From: an uncultured Thermoleophilia bacterium
GTDB taxonomy: Bacteria; Actinomycetota; Thermoleophilia; UBA2241
Reading direction: 5' to 3'
DNA: 64,000 nt
NCBI GenBank assembly: GCA_963709635.1
Contig: CAVPXA010000026.1
Span: forward strand, 4,843-68,842
The translations under genes and the position numbers were made by a program. Under the pieces are notes generated by a model. The model was not told where the DNA came from. It made no database searches and saw only the letters and a list, made by a program, of their open reading frames with translations. Positions 52,744-62,722 of this stretch are shown piece after piece. The stretch's first letter is position 1. Every line of letters starts with the position of its first letter.

Positions 52744-53217
52744 ATGAGACCGCCGATCGCCGACCTTTCCGTGGAGAGCACGTTCGCGCACTGCGCGCTG
52801 CTCGAGCCGCTGAGCGAGGCCCAGATCGAGGCCCTGGCCGAGCACAGCCGGATGGTGGTCCTCAAGGAGGGCGAGCCGCTGTTCGATCAGGACACGGTCG
52901 CCCACAGCCTGTTCGTGGTGGCCAGTGGGCGGCTGGCGATCAGGCTCGCGACGCCGTCCGGCCGGACCATCGAGGTGGTGGAGGTCGGCCAGTACGGCAT
53001 CTCGGGCTGGTCCTCGATAGTGGCGCCGCACGTCTACGTGGCCGAGGCGAAGGCACTGGAGGACTGCACCGTTGTCGCCATCTCCGCCGACGAGGTGGAG
53101 GCCATCCTGCTCCGCGAACCCGTGGCCGGCTACCAGGTGATGAAGAAGCTGGCCGGCCTCATCTCTGTGCGCCTGCGGGACATGAAGGAGGAGCTCGTCG
53201 AGGTGCTCGAGGGCTGA
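52744..53217 (+). CDS. Stand-alone cyclic nucleotide-binding domain protein
   Basis: GEPLFDQD...LFVVASG...GWSSIV pattern; no HTH; GGAGG RBS. Confidence 0.85.
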   Translation: MRPPIADLSVESTFAHCALLEPLSEAQIEALAEHSRMVVLKEGEPLFDQDTVAHSLFVVASGRLAIRLATPSGRTIEVVEVGQYGISGWSSIVAPHVYVAEAKALEDCTVVAISADEVEAILLREPVAGYQVMKKLAGLISVRLRDMKEELVEVLEG

Positions 53218-53740
53218 CGCGGGTCCGGCGCCCGCCGACACACTCAGGTCGGGCGCCTCGCCGCATACCCAGGTCCGCCGTGGCCGCCGTCGGCGCGGTC
53301 GGAGCCGAACCTCCGGCGGCGTTCCGGCGGGCCCGGCGGCGTTTCAGCGGGCCCGCGCTCCGGCCGCCGCGGCTCTGGTCGCCCGCCTGGACCGCAGTCG
53401 GTGCAGGGGCACTCTGTTTGTGGTCGCGCCGGGGCAGCCGTTTGTGGTCGCGATGCCCCCTGTGGCGAAGCCGTTTGGCGGCCGGCGCCCGGCGCGACGG
53501 CTCAAGTCCGCAGATGTGGTCCACAGTGTGGACGGAGATGTGGCCTCACGAGAGACCCACCCAGCAGGGACTACCAACGGCTTCCCTCCGCCGCATCGGT
53601 CCGGGGGGTGAGGTGCCAGTCGGTCCGTGGCGTGAGGTTGCGAGCCGCGGGCGGTGTGGCGTGGAGGTAGACGGCGCCACGGAGGGAGGCGTGCGCGGCA
53701 TCGGGTGCCGGGCAGGCGCCCGTCGCGGCGTCAGAGTGCC

Positions 53741-53782
53741 TTGACAGGGCCGCGTCGCGCGCCTAGCATGCTCACATTGTGA
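53741..53782 (+). promoter_or_regulatory. Sigma70-type promoter of athL operon with adjacent palindrome
   Basis: TTGACA-17 bp-TAGCAT followed by TCACA-T-TGTGA (53772-53782). Confidence 0.7.
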
Positions 53783-53923
53783 CCTATATGTCCGCAATGC
53801 GAGCACCAGGGGCTTTCTCGCAGGTACGCCACCATTCTGTGCTGCACGCGCGCCTGTGCGCAACGCGACCGCTCGACCACCCAGACGTTCGGCCAACGCC
53901 TGTTACCTGAAGGAGAGGACCAC

Positions 53924-56524
53924 ATGGGAGAGGTAGTCCGACTGACGAACTCGTCGACCGGGGGGCCGGTCTTCGTCTACGTCGAGGACGGCAAGATCGT
54001 CCGCATCACGCCGATGGACCTCGACGACGCCGTGGACGCGGCCTCGTGGAAGATCGAGGCGCGCGGCAAGACCTTCCAGCCTCCGCGCAAGACGACGTAC
54101 TCGGTCTACACCGCCGGCTTCAAGTCCATGATCTACTCCGACCGCCGGATCAAGACGCCGATGAAGCGCGTCGACTTCGACCCCAACGGGGAGCGCAACC
54201 CCCAGAACCGCGGCATCTCCGGATACGAGCCCATCTCGTGGGACGAGGCCACCGACATCGTGGTCAGCGAGATCAACCGCGTGAAGCGCGAGGCCGGCCC
54301 CGCGGCGATCCTCTCCAGCCCCAGCTCCCACCACATGTGGGGCAACGTGGGCTATCGCCACAGCACCTACTTCCGCTTCATGAACATGATGGGCTTCACC
54401 TACGCCGACCATAACCCCGACAGCTGGGAAGGCTGGCACTGGGGCGGCATGCACATGTGGGGCTTCAGCTGGCGCCTCGGCAACCCCGAGCAGTACGACC
54501 TGCTCGAGGACACGCTGGAGAACACCGAGATGATCGTCTTCTGGTCGTCTGACCCGGAGACCAACACCGGCATCTACGCAGCGCACGAGTCCACGCCGCG
54601 CCGCTACTGGATGAAGGACCTGGGCATCAAGATGGTCTTCATCGACCCGTTCTACAACCACACCGCCGGGCTCATCGGCGACAAGTGGTTCTCTCCCAAG
54701 ATCGGCACCGACCACGCGCTCTCCTTCGCCATCGCCTACACCTGGCTGACCGAGGGCACCTACGACAAGGAGTACGTGGCCACGCACGCCCACGGCTTCG
54801 ACGAGTGGGCCGAGTACGTGCTCGGCAAGACCGACGGCGTGCCCAAGACCTGCGAGTGGGCCGAGGCCGAGTCCGGCGTCCCCGCCTGCGAGATCCGCGC
54901 GCTCGCCCGCGAGTGGGGCAAGCGCAAGACCATGCTCGCCGCCGGCGGCCTGGGCGGCTGGGGCGGCGCCTGCCGCGCCTCGCACGGCATCGAGTGGGCG
55001 CGCGGCATGATCGCGCTCGCGACCATGCAGGGCATGGGCAAGCCGGGCAGCAACATCTACTCGACCACGCAGGGCACGCCCGTCGACTACGACTTCTACT
55101 TCCCCGGCTACGCCGAGGGCGGCATCTCCGGCGACTGCGAGAACTCCGCCGCGGGCTTCAAGTTCGCCTGGCGGATGTTCGACGGCAAGACCACGTTCCC
55201 GTCGCCGTCGAACATCAACACCTCCGCCGGCCAGCACATCCCGCGCCTCAAGGTGCCGGAGTGCATCATGGACGGCGAGTTCCAGTGGGCCGGCAAGGGC
55301 TTCGCCGGCGGCGACATCCAGCACCAGATGCACCAGTACCAGTATCCGGCCCCCGGCTATCCCAGGATCAAGATGCTGTGGAAGTACGGCGGGCCGTGGA
55401 TCGGCACCATGACGGCGACCAACCGCTACGCCAAGATGTACGCGGACCCGAGCCTCGAGTGCGTCGTCAGCCAGTCCATCTGGTTCGAGGGCGAGGTGCA
55501 GTTCGCCGACATCATCCTGCCGGCCTGCACCAACTTCGAGCGCTGGGACATCAGCGAGTTCGCCAACTGCTCGGGCTACATCCCCGACACCTACGGCCAG
55601 TGCAACCACCGCGTGATCTCGCTGCAGGCCAAGTGCATCGAGCCCGTCGGCGAGTCCAAGTCGGACTACCAGATCTACGCGATGATCGCCGAGAAGCTCG
55701 GCATCGGCCCGATGTTCACCGAGGGCAAGGACGAGCTGGCCTGGGTGGAGCAGTACTACAACGCCACCGACATGCCCAAGCACATGACCTTCGCCGAGTT
55801 CAAGGAGAAGGGCTACTTCATCGTGCCGGACAACCCGGAGCGCAAGAAGACGCCGGCCCTGCGCTGGTTCGCCGAGGACCGCGAGAAGGACACACCCGAC
55901 TGGGGCCCGCGCCTGAACAACCAGGTCGGCCGCAAGGGCCTGCAGACGAGCACCGGCAAGGTCGAGTTCATCGCCACGAGCCTCAAGAACTTCGAGGAGC
56001 AGGGCTTCGAGGACGAGTACCGGCCCTCCATGCACACCTACGTGCCGGCGTGGGAGGGCCCGCGCTGCGAGCTCGCCAAGAAGTACCCGCTCGGCATGCT
56101 GTCCCCGCATCCGCGCTTCTCGTTCCACACCATGGGTGACGGCAAGGACAGCTTCATGAACGACATCAAGGACCACCGCGTCCTGGTGGACGGTCACTCC
56201 TACTGGATCATCCGCATCAACCGCGTCGACGCGGCCGCTCGCGGCATCGAGAGCGGCGACCTGGTCCGCGCCTTCAACGACCGCGGCTCGGTGATCGTCT
56301 GCGCGCAGGTCGGCGAACGCACACAGCCCGGCACCGTGCACACCTACGAGTCGTGCGCCGAGTACGACCCCCTGGGCAAGCCCGGCCGGTCCGCCGACCG
56401 CGGCGGGTGCATGAACATCCTCTCGCCGGATCGCTACATGTCCAAGTACGCGTCGGGCATGGCTCCCAACACTGCCCAGATCGAAGTAGAGAAATGGGAC
56501 GGCGGCATCTACGAGACCGACTGA
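53924..56524 (+). CDS. athL: Pyrogallol hydroxytransferase (transhydroxylase) large subunit, DMSO-reductase family Mo-bis-MGD enzyme
   Basis: MGEVVRLTNSSTGGPVFVYV, SSHHMWGNVGYRHSTYFRF, HNPDSWEGWHWGG, GGWGGACR, PGYAEGG, ANCSGY match my recollection of the Pelobacter acidigallici enzyme; no signal peptide. Confidence 0.9.
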   Translation: MGEVVRLTNSSTGGPVFVYVEDGKIVRITPMDLDDAVDAASWKIEARGKTFQPPRKTTYSVYTAGFKSMIYSDRRIKTPMKRVDFDPNGERNPQNRGISGYEPISWDEATDIVVSEINRVKREAGPAAILSSPSSHHMWGNVGYRHSTYFRFMNMMGFTYADHNPDSWEGWHWGGMHMWGFSWRLGNPEQYDLLEDTLENTEMIVFWSSDPETNTGIYAAHESTPRRYWMKDLGIKMVFIDPFYNHTAGLIGDKWFSPKIGTDHALSFAIAYTWLTEGTYDKEYVATHAHGFDEWAEYVLGKTDGVPKTCEWAEAESGVPACEIRALAREWGKRKTMLAAGGLGGWGGACRASHGIEWARGMIALATMQGMGKPGSNIYSTTQGTPVDYDFYFPGYAEGGISGDCENSAAGFKFAWRMFDGKTTFPSPSNINTSAGQHIPRLKVPECIMDGEFQWAGKGFAGGDIQHQMHQYQYPAPGYPRIKMLWKYGGPWIGTMTATNRYAKMYADPSLECVVSQSIWFEGEVQFADIILPACTNFERWDISEFANCSGYIPDTYGQCNHRVISLQAKCIEPVGESKSDYQIYAMIAEKLGIGPMFTEGKDELAWVEQYYNATDMPKHMTFAEFKEKGYFIVPDNPERKKTPALRWFAEDREKDTPDWGPRLNNQVGRKGLQTSTGKVEFIATSLKNFEEQGFEDEYRPSMHTYVPAWEGPRCELAKKYPLGMLSPHPRFSFHTMGDGKDSFMNDIKDHRVLVDGHSYWIIRINRVDAAARGIESGDLVRAFNDRGSVIVCAQVGERTQPGTVHTYESCAEYDPLGKPGRSADRGGCMNILSPDRYMSKYASGMAPNTAQIEVEKWDGGIYETD

Positions 56525-56572
56525 AGCCGGTTCGACCGACCGGCTGGGCATGACTGAGAAGGAGTCTGCGAC

Positions 56573-57397
56573 GTGAAGCAATGGTACAAAGTCATCGACG
56601 TGGCCAGGTGCCACGACTGCAACAACTGCTTTATGGCCGACAAGGACGAGTTCGTCGGCAACGACTGGCCGGGCTACACCTACGCGCAGCCCCGCCACGG
56701 CCACCGCTGGGTGGACATCCTGCGGCGTGAGCGCGGCCAGTACGCGCGCAACGACGTGGCCTACCTGCCGGTGCCGTGCCAGCAGTGCGAGAACCCGCCG
56801 TGCGTCCCGGCGTCGGAGGGTTCCTTCTACCAGCGCGAGGACGGCATCGTCCTGATCGACCTGGAGAAGGCCAAGGGCATCAGCAAGGATGTCATGGGTT
56901 CGTGCCCCTACGGCGCCATCTGGTGGAACGACGCTCTGGACATGCCGCAGAAGTGCATCTTCTGCGCCCACCTCATCGACGACGAGACGTGGACGCCGCA
57001 CACCACGCGCTGCACGCACTCCTGCCCGACGGAGGCCATGGAGACGCTCCTCGTCGAGCCCGAGGAGATGCAGGCGATCATCGCCGCCGAGGGACTGCAG
57101 GAGTACCTGCCCGAGCACGGCACCAAGCCGCATACGCTGTACAAGAACCTCCACCGGTTCACGAAGAACTTCATCACCGCCGGCGTGCTGGTGGACGGCG
57201 ACTGCTACGAGGGAGCCACGGTGACGCTGCAGGGCGCCGCCGCGGACCCGCAGACCACGAACTTCTTCGGGGAGTTCAAGTTCGACGGGCTCGACGACGG
57301 CGAGTACACGGTCGAGGTGGACGCCGGCGGCAAGAAGTACTCCGCCGCGGTCACCATCGCCGGCGAGTCCCGGAACATGGGCTTCATCGAACTGTAG
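56573..57397 (+). CDS. bthL: Pyrogallol hydroxytransferase small (Fe-S) subunit
   Basis: CHDCNNC, CQQCENPPC, CPY, CIFCAH...CTHSC; C-terminal beta domain TNFFGEFKFDGLDDGEYTVE. Confidence 0.88.
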   Translation: MKQWYKVIDVARCHDCNNCFMADKDEFVGNDWPGYTYAQPRHGHRWVDILRRERGQYARNDVAYLPVPCQQCENPPCVPASEGSFYQREDGIVLIDLEKAKGISKDVMGSCPYGAIWWNDALDMPQKCIFCAHLIDDETWTPHTTRCTHSCPTEAMETLLVEPEEMQAIIAAEGLQEYLPEHGTKPHTLYKNLHRFTKNFITAGVLVDGDCYEGATVTLQGAAADPQTTNFFGEFKFDGLDDGEYTVEVDAGGKKYSAAVTIAGESRNMGFIEL

Positions 57398-57432
57398 ACC
57401 GGCGGCCGGATCCCGGCACCTGTCATGAGGTT

Positions 57433-57468
57433 GGGGAGGGGAGGGCCTACGCGGGCTCTCCCCTTCTC
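57433..57468 (+). terminator. Hairpin after bthL
   Basis: GGGGAGGGGAGGGCC...GGCTCTCCCCTTCTC with G-U pairs. Confidence 0.45.
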
Positions 57469-57519
57469 GCTCCGAGAGTCACGGGCCGCCCGGCGGGCCA
57501 CGGAAAGGCGAGTGCGCGC

Positions 57520-58074
57520 ATGAAGCAGATCGTGGTGTTCAACGGCAGTCCGCGTATGGACGGCAACACCGTGACGGTGCTGGACCTGGTCGCCAAAGGC
57601 GCCCGCGACAGCGGGGCGGAGGTCAAGTACTACACGCTGTTCAAGATGAAGTTCATGGCCTGCCAGAGTTGCTTCGCCTGCCGCATGAAGGACGACTGCG
57701 TCATCAACGACGAGGTGCACGAGGCGCTGCAGAAGGTCAAGGCGGCCGACGCTGTGGTGATCGGCTCGCCGATCTTCATGATGCAGATGACCGGCCCCGT
57801 GAAGAACCTGTACGACCGGTTCTTCCCGCTGATGGACGTGGACGGCAAGCCGCGGTTCGGGACCAAGAAGCTGCTTACGGTGTGGTCGCAGAGCATGGAG
57901 GACGTGCACACCTACGACTCCTACTACGAGTACACCGCGGCGATGTACCCGTCGTTCGGCTTCGAGTGGGTGGACAACATCGTGTGCCCCAACGCGAACG
58001 ATCCGGAGAGCGCGGATCGCGACGCAGAGCTCAAGATCCGCGCCTACGAGGCGGGGGCCGCGCTCGCGCGCTGA
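57520..58074 (+). CDS. Flavodoxin-fold iron-sulfur flavoprotein
   Basis: NGSPRMDGNT, CQSCFAC...C, IGSPIF. Confidence 0.9.
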   Translation: MKQIVVFNGSPRMDGNTVTVLDLVAKGARDSGAEVKYYTLFKMKFMACQSCFACRMKDDCVINDEVHEALQKVKAADAVVIGSPIFMMQMTGPVKNLYDRFFPLMDVDGKPRFGTKKLLTVWSQSMEDVHTYDSYYEYTAAMYPSFGFEWVDNIVCPNANDPESADRDAELKIRAYEAGAALAR

Positions 58075-58091
58075 GGCGCCCGGCGCCCGGA

Positions 58092-58134
58092 AGAGCGGGG
58101 CGGCGGAGGCGCAGCGCCCCCGCCGCCCCGCTCT
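58092..58134. terminator. GC-rich hairpin between convergent genes
   Basis: AGAGCGGGGCGGCGG...CCGCCGCCCCGCTCT. Confidence 0.55.
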
Positions 58135-58307
58135 CCCCGCTGCATCAGAGTCCCCAGCCGAAGAGCGCGGCGTCGTAGCCGCCGCTCGCGTTGGGCTGCA
58201 TACCGCAGGCTGGTGGCCGCGCCCCTCCGGCGCGGCCGTGCCCAGTGATGGCACTAGTATCGCCAGAAGCAGGGGAGTCCAGCCCCGTTGGACGCGCTCG
58301 GGATGGT

Positions 58308-59072
58308 CTAGAGGAGGCCGAGCGCCCGAAGGCGGGCGAGGCTGATCAGCACGTTCTCGTCCGAATCGTGCTCCAGGATCACGGTGGCGCCGGCCTCGCG
58401 CGCGGCGGCCATCACGGCCGGGACGTCGACCACTCCTGCGCCCAGGCCGAGGTGCGGGTCGTCGTAGTCGCCTTCGCCGTGGTTGTCGTGCAGGTGCAGG
58501 TGGCGCAGCCGCGCGCGCGGGTCGTCGAGCCACTCGTCCAGGCAGCCGCTGATGCTCGCGTGGCCCACGTCGAGGATGAGGCCGAGATCGCGCAGGTCGA
58601 GGTCGCCGGGGTGCGTGAAGTGGCTCATCCCGGCGCCCGGCATGTTCTCCACCACGATGTCGATGCCGTACTCGTCCTGCCAGGCGACGAGTGTCTCGAA
58701 CGAGCGGTCCAGCTGGGCGACCACGGCCGGGTCGCGGGGCTTGACCTCCGGATGCCAGTCGGGGTGGACCACGTACAGGACGGCGCCGATCTCAGCGCTC
58801 GCCTCCAGGTGCCTGCGGTGCTCGTCGAGCGCCTTGAGCCGTTCGGCGTCGTCGAGGTCCCAGATGCCCGTGTAGCCGAACGGCCCGTGCACGGAGTACC
58901 GGAGACCAGCGGCCTGCGCCGCCGCGAGGTTCCGCTTGCTGAGAAGCGTGTGCATGCCGAAGGAGCGGATCTCAGCGGCGGGGGCGAGCTCGGAGATGCG
59001 CTCGAGCGCCGCCGGAAGCAGGAGCTCCGAGTAGGCGCTCGTGGAGATGCCGATGTCGGGGGAACGCAGCAC
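58308..59072 (-). CDS. Sugar phosphate isomerase/epimerase-like (xylose isomerase/AP endonuclease 2 TIM barrel)
   Basis: SVHGP, VVHP, VENM, LDVGHA, HLHLHDN, DPHLGLG, ILE metal-binding motifs. Confidence 0.85.
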   Translation of the reverse strand: MLRSPDIGISTSAYSELLLPAALERISELAPAAEIRSFGMHTLLSKRNLAAAQAAGLRYSVHGPFGYTGIWDLDDAERLKALDEHRRHLEASAEIGAVLYVVHPDWHPEVKPRDPAVVAQLDRSFETLVAWQDEYGIDIVVENMPGAGMSHFTHPGDLDLRDLGLILDVGHASISGCLDEWLDDPRARLRHLHLHDNHGEGDYDDPHLGLGAGVVDVPAVMAAAREAGATVILEHDSDENVLISLARLRALGLL

Positions 59073-59308
59073 GGGGCTCAAGTATGCCAGAGCCGCGGGA
59101 CGAGAGCCTCCGGCGTCGCTCGCGAAAGGCCGGCAGGTCATCGCCCGCGTGCGTGGACGCCCGAGAGACGGGAATGGCCAGAGCAAGGCAAACGACAAAG
59201 GGGCCTCCCATGGGAGGCGCCGCAGGTGACCGGGCTCCCTTGCCGGTTGCCTTCGTGGACAGGAGGGTAGAAGCGCCGCAGTACCGTTCTGACGGAAGCA
59301 GGCACACC

Positions 59309-60397
59309 ATGATGGATGACGCTCCTGGGAAGCTCTACGGACGGCTCGCCGGGCTCGGGCTGGAGATCGACGGCTACCGGTTGGAGCGCCACGAACTGGA
59401 CGTGTCGAGCGGGTTCCGTCGCGTCACCACCGAGGTCGTGCTGGTCGGCGGCGGGCTCGAGGGCCGCGGGGAGGACGTGACCTATGCGGCCGAGGACCAC
59501 GACGACTACCCGGCGGAGCTGCCGCTGGCCGGGGAGTGGACGCTCGACGGATTCTCGGAGCAGTTGGGCGGCCTGGACCTGTTCCCCGGCAGGCCGCCCC
59601 AGCAGGAGTTCTTCCGGCAGTACCGGCGCTGGGCGTTGGAGAGCGCCGCGCTCGACCTCGCCCTGCGGCAGCGCAGGCTGAGCCTGGGCGAGGCGCTGGC
59701 GCGGCCCTACGAGCCCGTCCGCTTCGTGGTCAGCACGCGGCTCGACATCAAGCCCTGGCTGGCGGTCGACCCGGGCCTCGAGTTCAAGCTCGACCCGACC
59801 CCGGAGTGGGACGGGGCCCTGATGCGCGACATCGCCGCGACCGGCCGGGTGCGCGCACTCGACTTCAAGTCCTTCTACACGGGCTCGCCCGTTGACAATC
59901 CGCCCGACCCGGTGCAGTACCGGCTTGTCAGCGAGACCTTCCCGGGCACGGTCCTGGAGGACCCCGTCCTGGAGGGCCCGGCGCGCGAGGCATTGCGCGG
60001 GGAGGAGGCGCGCTTCAGCTTCGACGCGCCCATCCACTCCTGGGCGGATGTCGAAGCGATCACGGAGCAAGTCCGGGCCGTCTGCGGACCGGACTGCGAC
60101 GCGTTCGTGCTGCGCAGCCTCAACGTGAAGCCTTCGCGGTTCGGCAGCCTGCGCGCGCTGCTCGACTGCGTGGAGCGCGCGCAGACCGCCGGCATGGTCC
60201 TCTACGGCGGCGGCCAGTTCGAGCTCGGCGTCGGCCGCGACCAGATCCAGGCGCTCGCCAGCCTGCTCTACGCGGACGGTCCGAACGACGTGGCCCCACG
60301 CGAGTACCACGGCGAGGCGCACGCGGACGTCCCGGCCAGCCCGCTCGTCCCTCTGGACGAGCAGGGGCCGGGCTTCGGGTTCTCCTTCCGGATCTGA
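59309..60397 (+). CDS. Enolase-superfamily-like uncharacterised protein
   Basis: GRGEDV, ESAALDLAL capping domain; FKLD, DFK, EDP, FDAP, NVKPSRFG, YGGGQFE. Confidence 0.7.
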   Translation: MMDDAPGKLYGRLAGLGLEIDGYRLERHELDVSSGFRRVTTEVVLVGGGLEGRGEDVTYAAEDHDDYPAELPLAGEWTLDGFSEQLGGLDLFPGRPPQQEFFRQYRRWALESAALDLALRQRRLSLGEALARPYEPVRFVVSTRLDIKPWLAVDPGLEFKLDPTPEWDGALMRDIAATGRVRALDFKSFYTGSPVDNPPDPVQYRLVSETFPGTVLEDPVLEGPAREALRGEEARFSFDAPIHSWADVEAITEQVRAVCGPDCDAFVLRSLNVKPSRFGSLRALLDCVERAQTAGMVLYGGGQFELGVGRDQIQALASLLYADGPNDVAPREYHGEAHADVPASPLVPLDEQGPGFGFSFRI

Positions 60398-60648
60398 CGG
60401 CTCCTCGGAGCGTCGCTCCTGTGCCCGGCATCCGGGCCCTCGCCTGCTGCACTCTTGCCCGATGCGCGACTCTGAGTGATACTGCTTGGTAGTGCGTGTA
60501 TCTCCTATGAAGTTCATGTCACCGGCGGAAAGAGGGATCCGATGGGTGAGAAGTCGTGGACCGGAGGGCGCGACGACGACCTGCCGCGCGTGGACGGGTC
60601 GTCGAGCGGCGGGTTCCTCGCCGGCTGAGGCGTGCTACGGTCGGGCGC

Positions 60649-62547
60649 ATGATCGGACGTGAGCAGGAACTGGGCGCCGCGTGCGCCGTCCTGGGCGGCG
60701 GCATGCACCTGCTGCTGGAGGGCCCGGTGGGCTCCGGCAAGACGACGCTGGCCGCGGAGGCCTGCCGCCGGCTCGGCCGCGCGGCCATCCGCATCGACGG
60801 CGACGACCGCTTCTCCGAGAGCCGGCTGGCGGGCTGGTTCGACCCGCCGCTGGTGCTCCGGATGGGGTACGGGGAGGACGCGTTCGTCCCCGGCCCGCTG
60901 GTGCGCGCCATGCGCGAGGGGCGGGTCCTCTTCCTCAACGAGCTCAACCGGCTGCCTGAGGCAGCACAGAACCTGCTGCTGCCGGCCTTGGACGAGGGGC
61001 TCGTGGAGGTGCCGCACCTCGGGACGGTGAGCGCCGCGGAGGGCTTCCAGGTGGTCGCGACGCAGAACCCGGCTGAGTACGTCGCGACCGGTCATCTCTC
61101 GGAGGCGCTGCGCGACCGGTTCGAGCATCTGGTGGTGGGCTACCAGACGGCGGCGGAGGAAGAGGAGATCGTCGCCGCCGCGACGGGGTGCGCGGACGCC
61201 GCGCTGGTGCGCGCGGCCGTGCGCGTGACGCGCGGCACGCGGGTGCATCCGCGCGTGCGCCGCGGCGCGTCGGTGCGCGGCGCGATCGCCATGGTGGACC
61301 TGGCCGGCGCGCGGGACGACGGCTCCGGGCGCCGCAGCGCGTGGGACGATCGCGCGCCGCTCGCCGGCCGGCTGCGCGCGACGGCGGAGACCGCGCTGGC
61401 CACGCGCGTGGAGCTTCGCGACGGCGACGCCGTGCTCGGCGACGTGCTCGACGAGCTCGTCGACGTGGTCGTCGAGCGCGGGGAGGACCCGGAGGCGGCC
61501 GCCGCGGCGCTGTGGGGCGAGAGTGCGGACGGCCGGCGGACGCAGCAGGCGGGCGCGCGGGACGGCAGCGACCGGCGCGGTGCGGACGACCGCGACGCGG
61601 AGCGCCGGCCGGAGCCGGTGGTCTGTACGCTGGAGGACCGCCGCGCGCTGGCGGAGCAGCTGCGCGCGACGCCCGAGGACCTGGACGGCTGGCAGCTCGC
61701 CGGTGACCTGAGCGCGGGCGCGCTCAGCTACGCCGGCGAGCGCGCCTACCTGTGCGCGCAGCAACTGGCGGCGTCCGCCGTGCTGCAGCGCGCCGCCCGC
61801 CTCGTGGGTCCCGTCAAGGCCGCCACCAGGACCGTGCGCGAGCCGCTGCTGGAGCCTTGGGGCGGCGAGCTGGACGTGGAGGCCACGGTCGAGAACCTGC
61901 TCGGCAAGCCGCACCCGGAGCCCGGCGACCTCATCGTCCAGCGCCGGGTGGACCGGCGGCACCAGGTGGTCTTGATGCTCGACACCTCACTGAGCATGGC
62001 GGGGGAGAAGATGGCGCTCGGGGCGGTGGCCGCGGCGGTGCTCGCGCTCAAGCTGCGTACGGGCGACCTCGCCGTGGTGCTGTTCGCCGACGGCGCCCGG
62101 ACGGTGATGCGCTTCGGCGAGCAGGTCGAGCCGGCCGAGCTGGTCCGCCGCATGCTCGCCGTGCCGTGCGGCGGCGGCACGGACATCGCGGCCGCGCTCC
62201 GGCTCGGCCACGCCGAGCTCCAGCGCGGCCGCGACCCCGGCCGCTGCGGGCTCCTGGTGAGCGACGGCGTGTACACGAGCGGCGCGGACCCGCTGCCGGC
62301 GGCCGCGCGTTTCGGTGCGCTGCACGTACTTCTCATGGAGGAGCGGCCGGCGGTGCGCCCGGGGAGCGGCGGAGGCGCGGCCGCCGCCAGGTCGGGAGGG
62401 CCGGCGCCGGTCACGAGCTGGATCTCGCCCCGTCTGGCGGTGGGCGAGGCCGTCGCCCGCGCCGCCGACGGCGGCCTCGTCCGCGTGGACGGCTTCGCCG
62501 CCCTGCCGCGGCGCATGCTCGAGGTCGCGGACCGGGTGCTGCACTGA
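60649..62547 (+). CDS. MoxR-type AAA+ ATPase fused to C-terminal vWA domain
   Basis: GPVGSGKT, FLNELNR, ATQNP, LSEALRDRF; C-terminal ELDVEAT, DTSLSM (MIDAS), GGTDI, VSDG. Confidence 0.88.
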   Translation: MIGREQELGAACAVLGGGMHLLLEGPVGSGKTTLAAEACRRLGRAAIRIDGDDRFSESRLAGWFDPPLVLRMGYGEDAFVPGPLVRAMREGRVLFLNELNRLPEAAQNLLLPALDEGLVEVPHLGTVSAAEGFQVVATQNPAEYVATGHLSEALRDRFEHLVVGYQTAAEEEEIVAAATGCADAALVRAAVRVTRGTRVHPRVRRGASVRGAIAMVDLAGARDDGSGRRSAWDDRAPLAGRLRATAETALATRVELRDGDAVLGDVLDELVDVVVERGEDPEAAAAALWGESADGRRTQQAGARDGSDRRGADDRDAERRPEPVVCTLEDRRALAEQLRATPEDLDGWQLAGDLSAGALSYAGERAYLCAQQLAASAVLQRAARLVGPVKAATRTVREPLLEPWGGELDVEATVENLLGKPHPEPGDLIVQRRVDRRHQVVLMLDTSLSMAGEKMALGAVAAAVLALKLRTGDLAVVLFADGARTVMRFGEQVEPAELVRRMLAVPCGGGTDIAAALRLGHAELQRGRDPGRCGLLVSDGVYTSGADPLPAAARFGALHVLLMEERPAVRPGSGGGAAAARSGGPAPVTSWISPRLAVGEAVARAADGGLVRVDGFAALPRRMLEVADRVLH

Positions 62548-62722
62548 TGTCCCCTGCGAGGCGTTGGGGTGGAGCGGGCGTGCGGAGTGGGCGAGCGGAT
62601 CGAGTAGAGGGGTGAAGGTCGGTGCGCGGAGACTGGGTCCGTATCGCGTCAAGCGTATGCGGCACCAGTCAGCGCGAGGGCAATACCCCGCCCGGCGGGG
62701 ATGAGCGGACTTCGGAGGAGCG

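Noticed and set aside
53510-53545. DnaA boxes / replication origin
   Set aside because: Only weak box-like matches, no AT-rich unwinding element and no dnaA/dnaN context.
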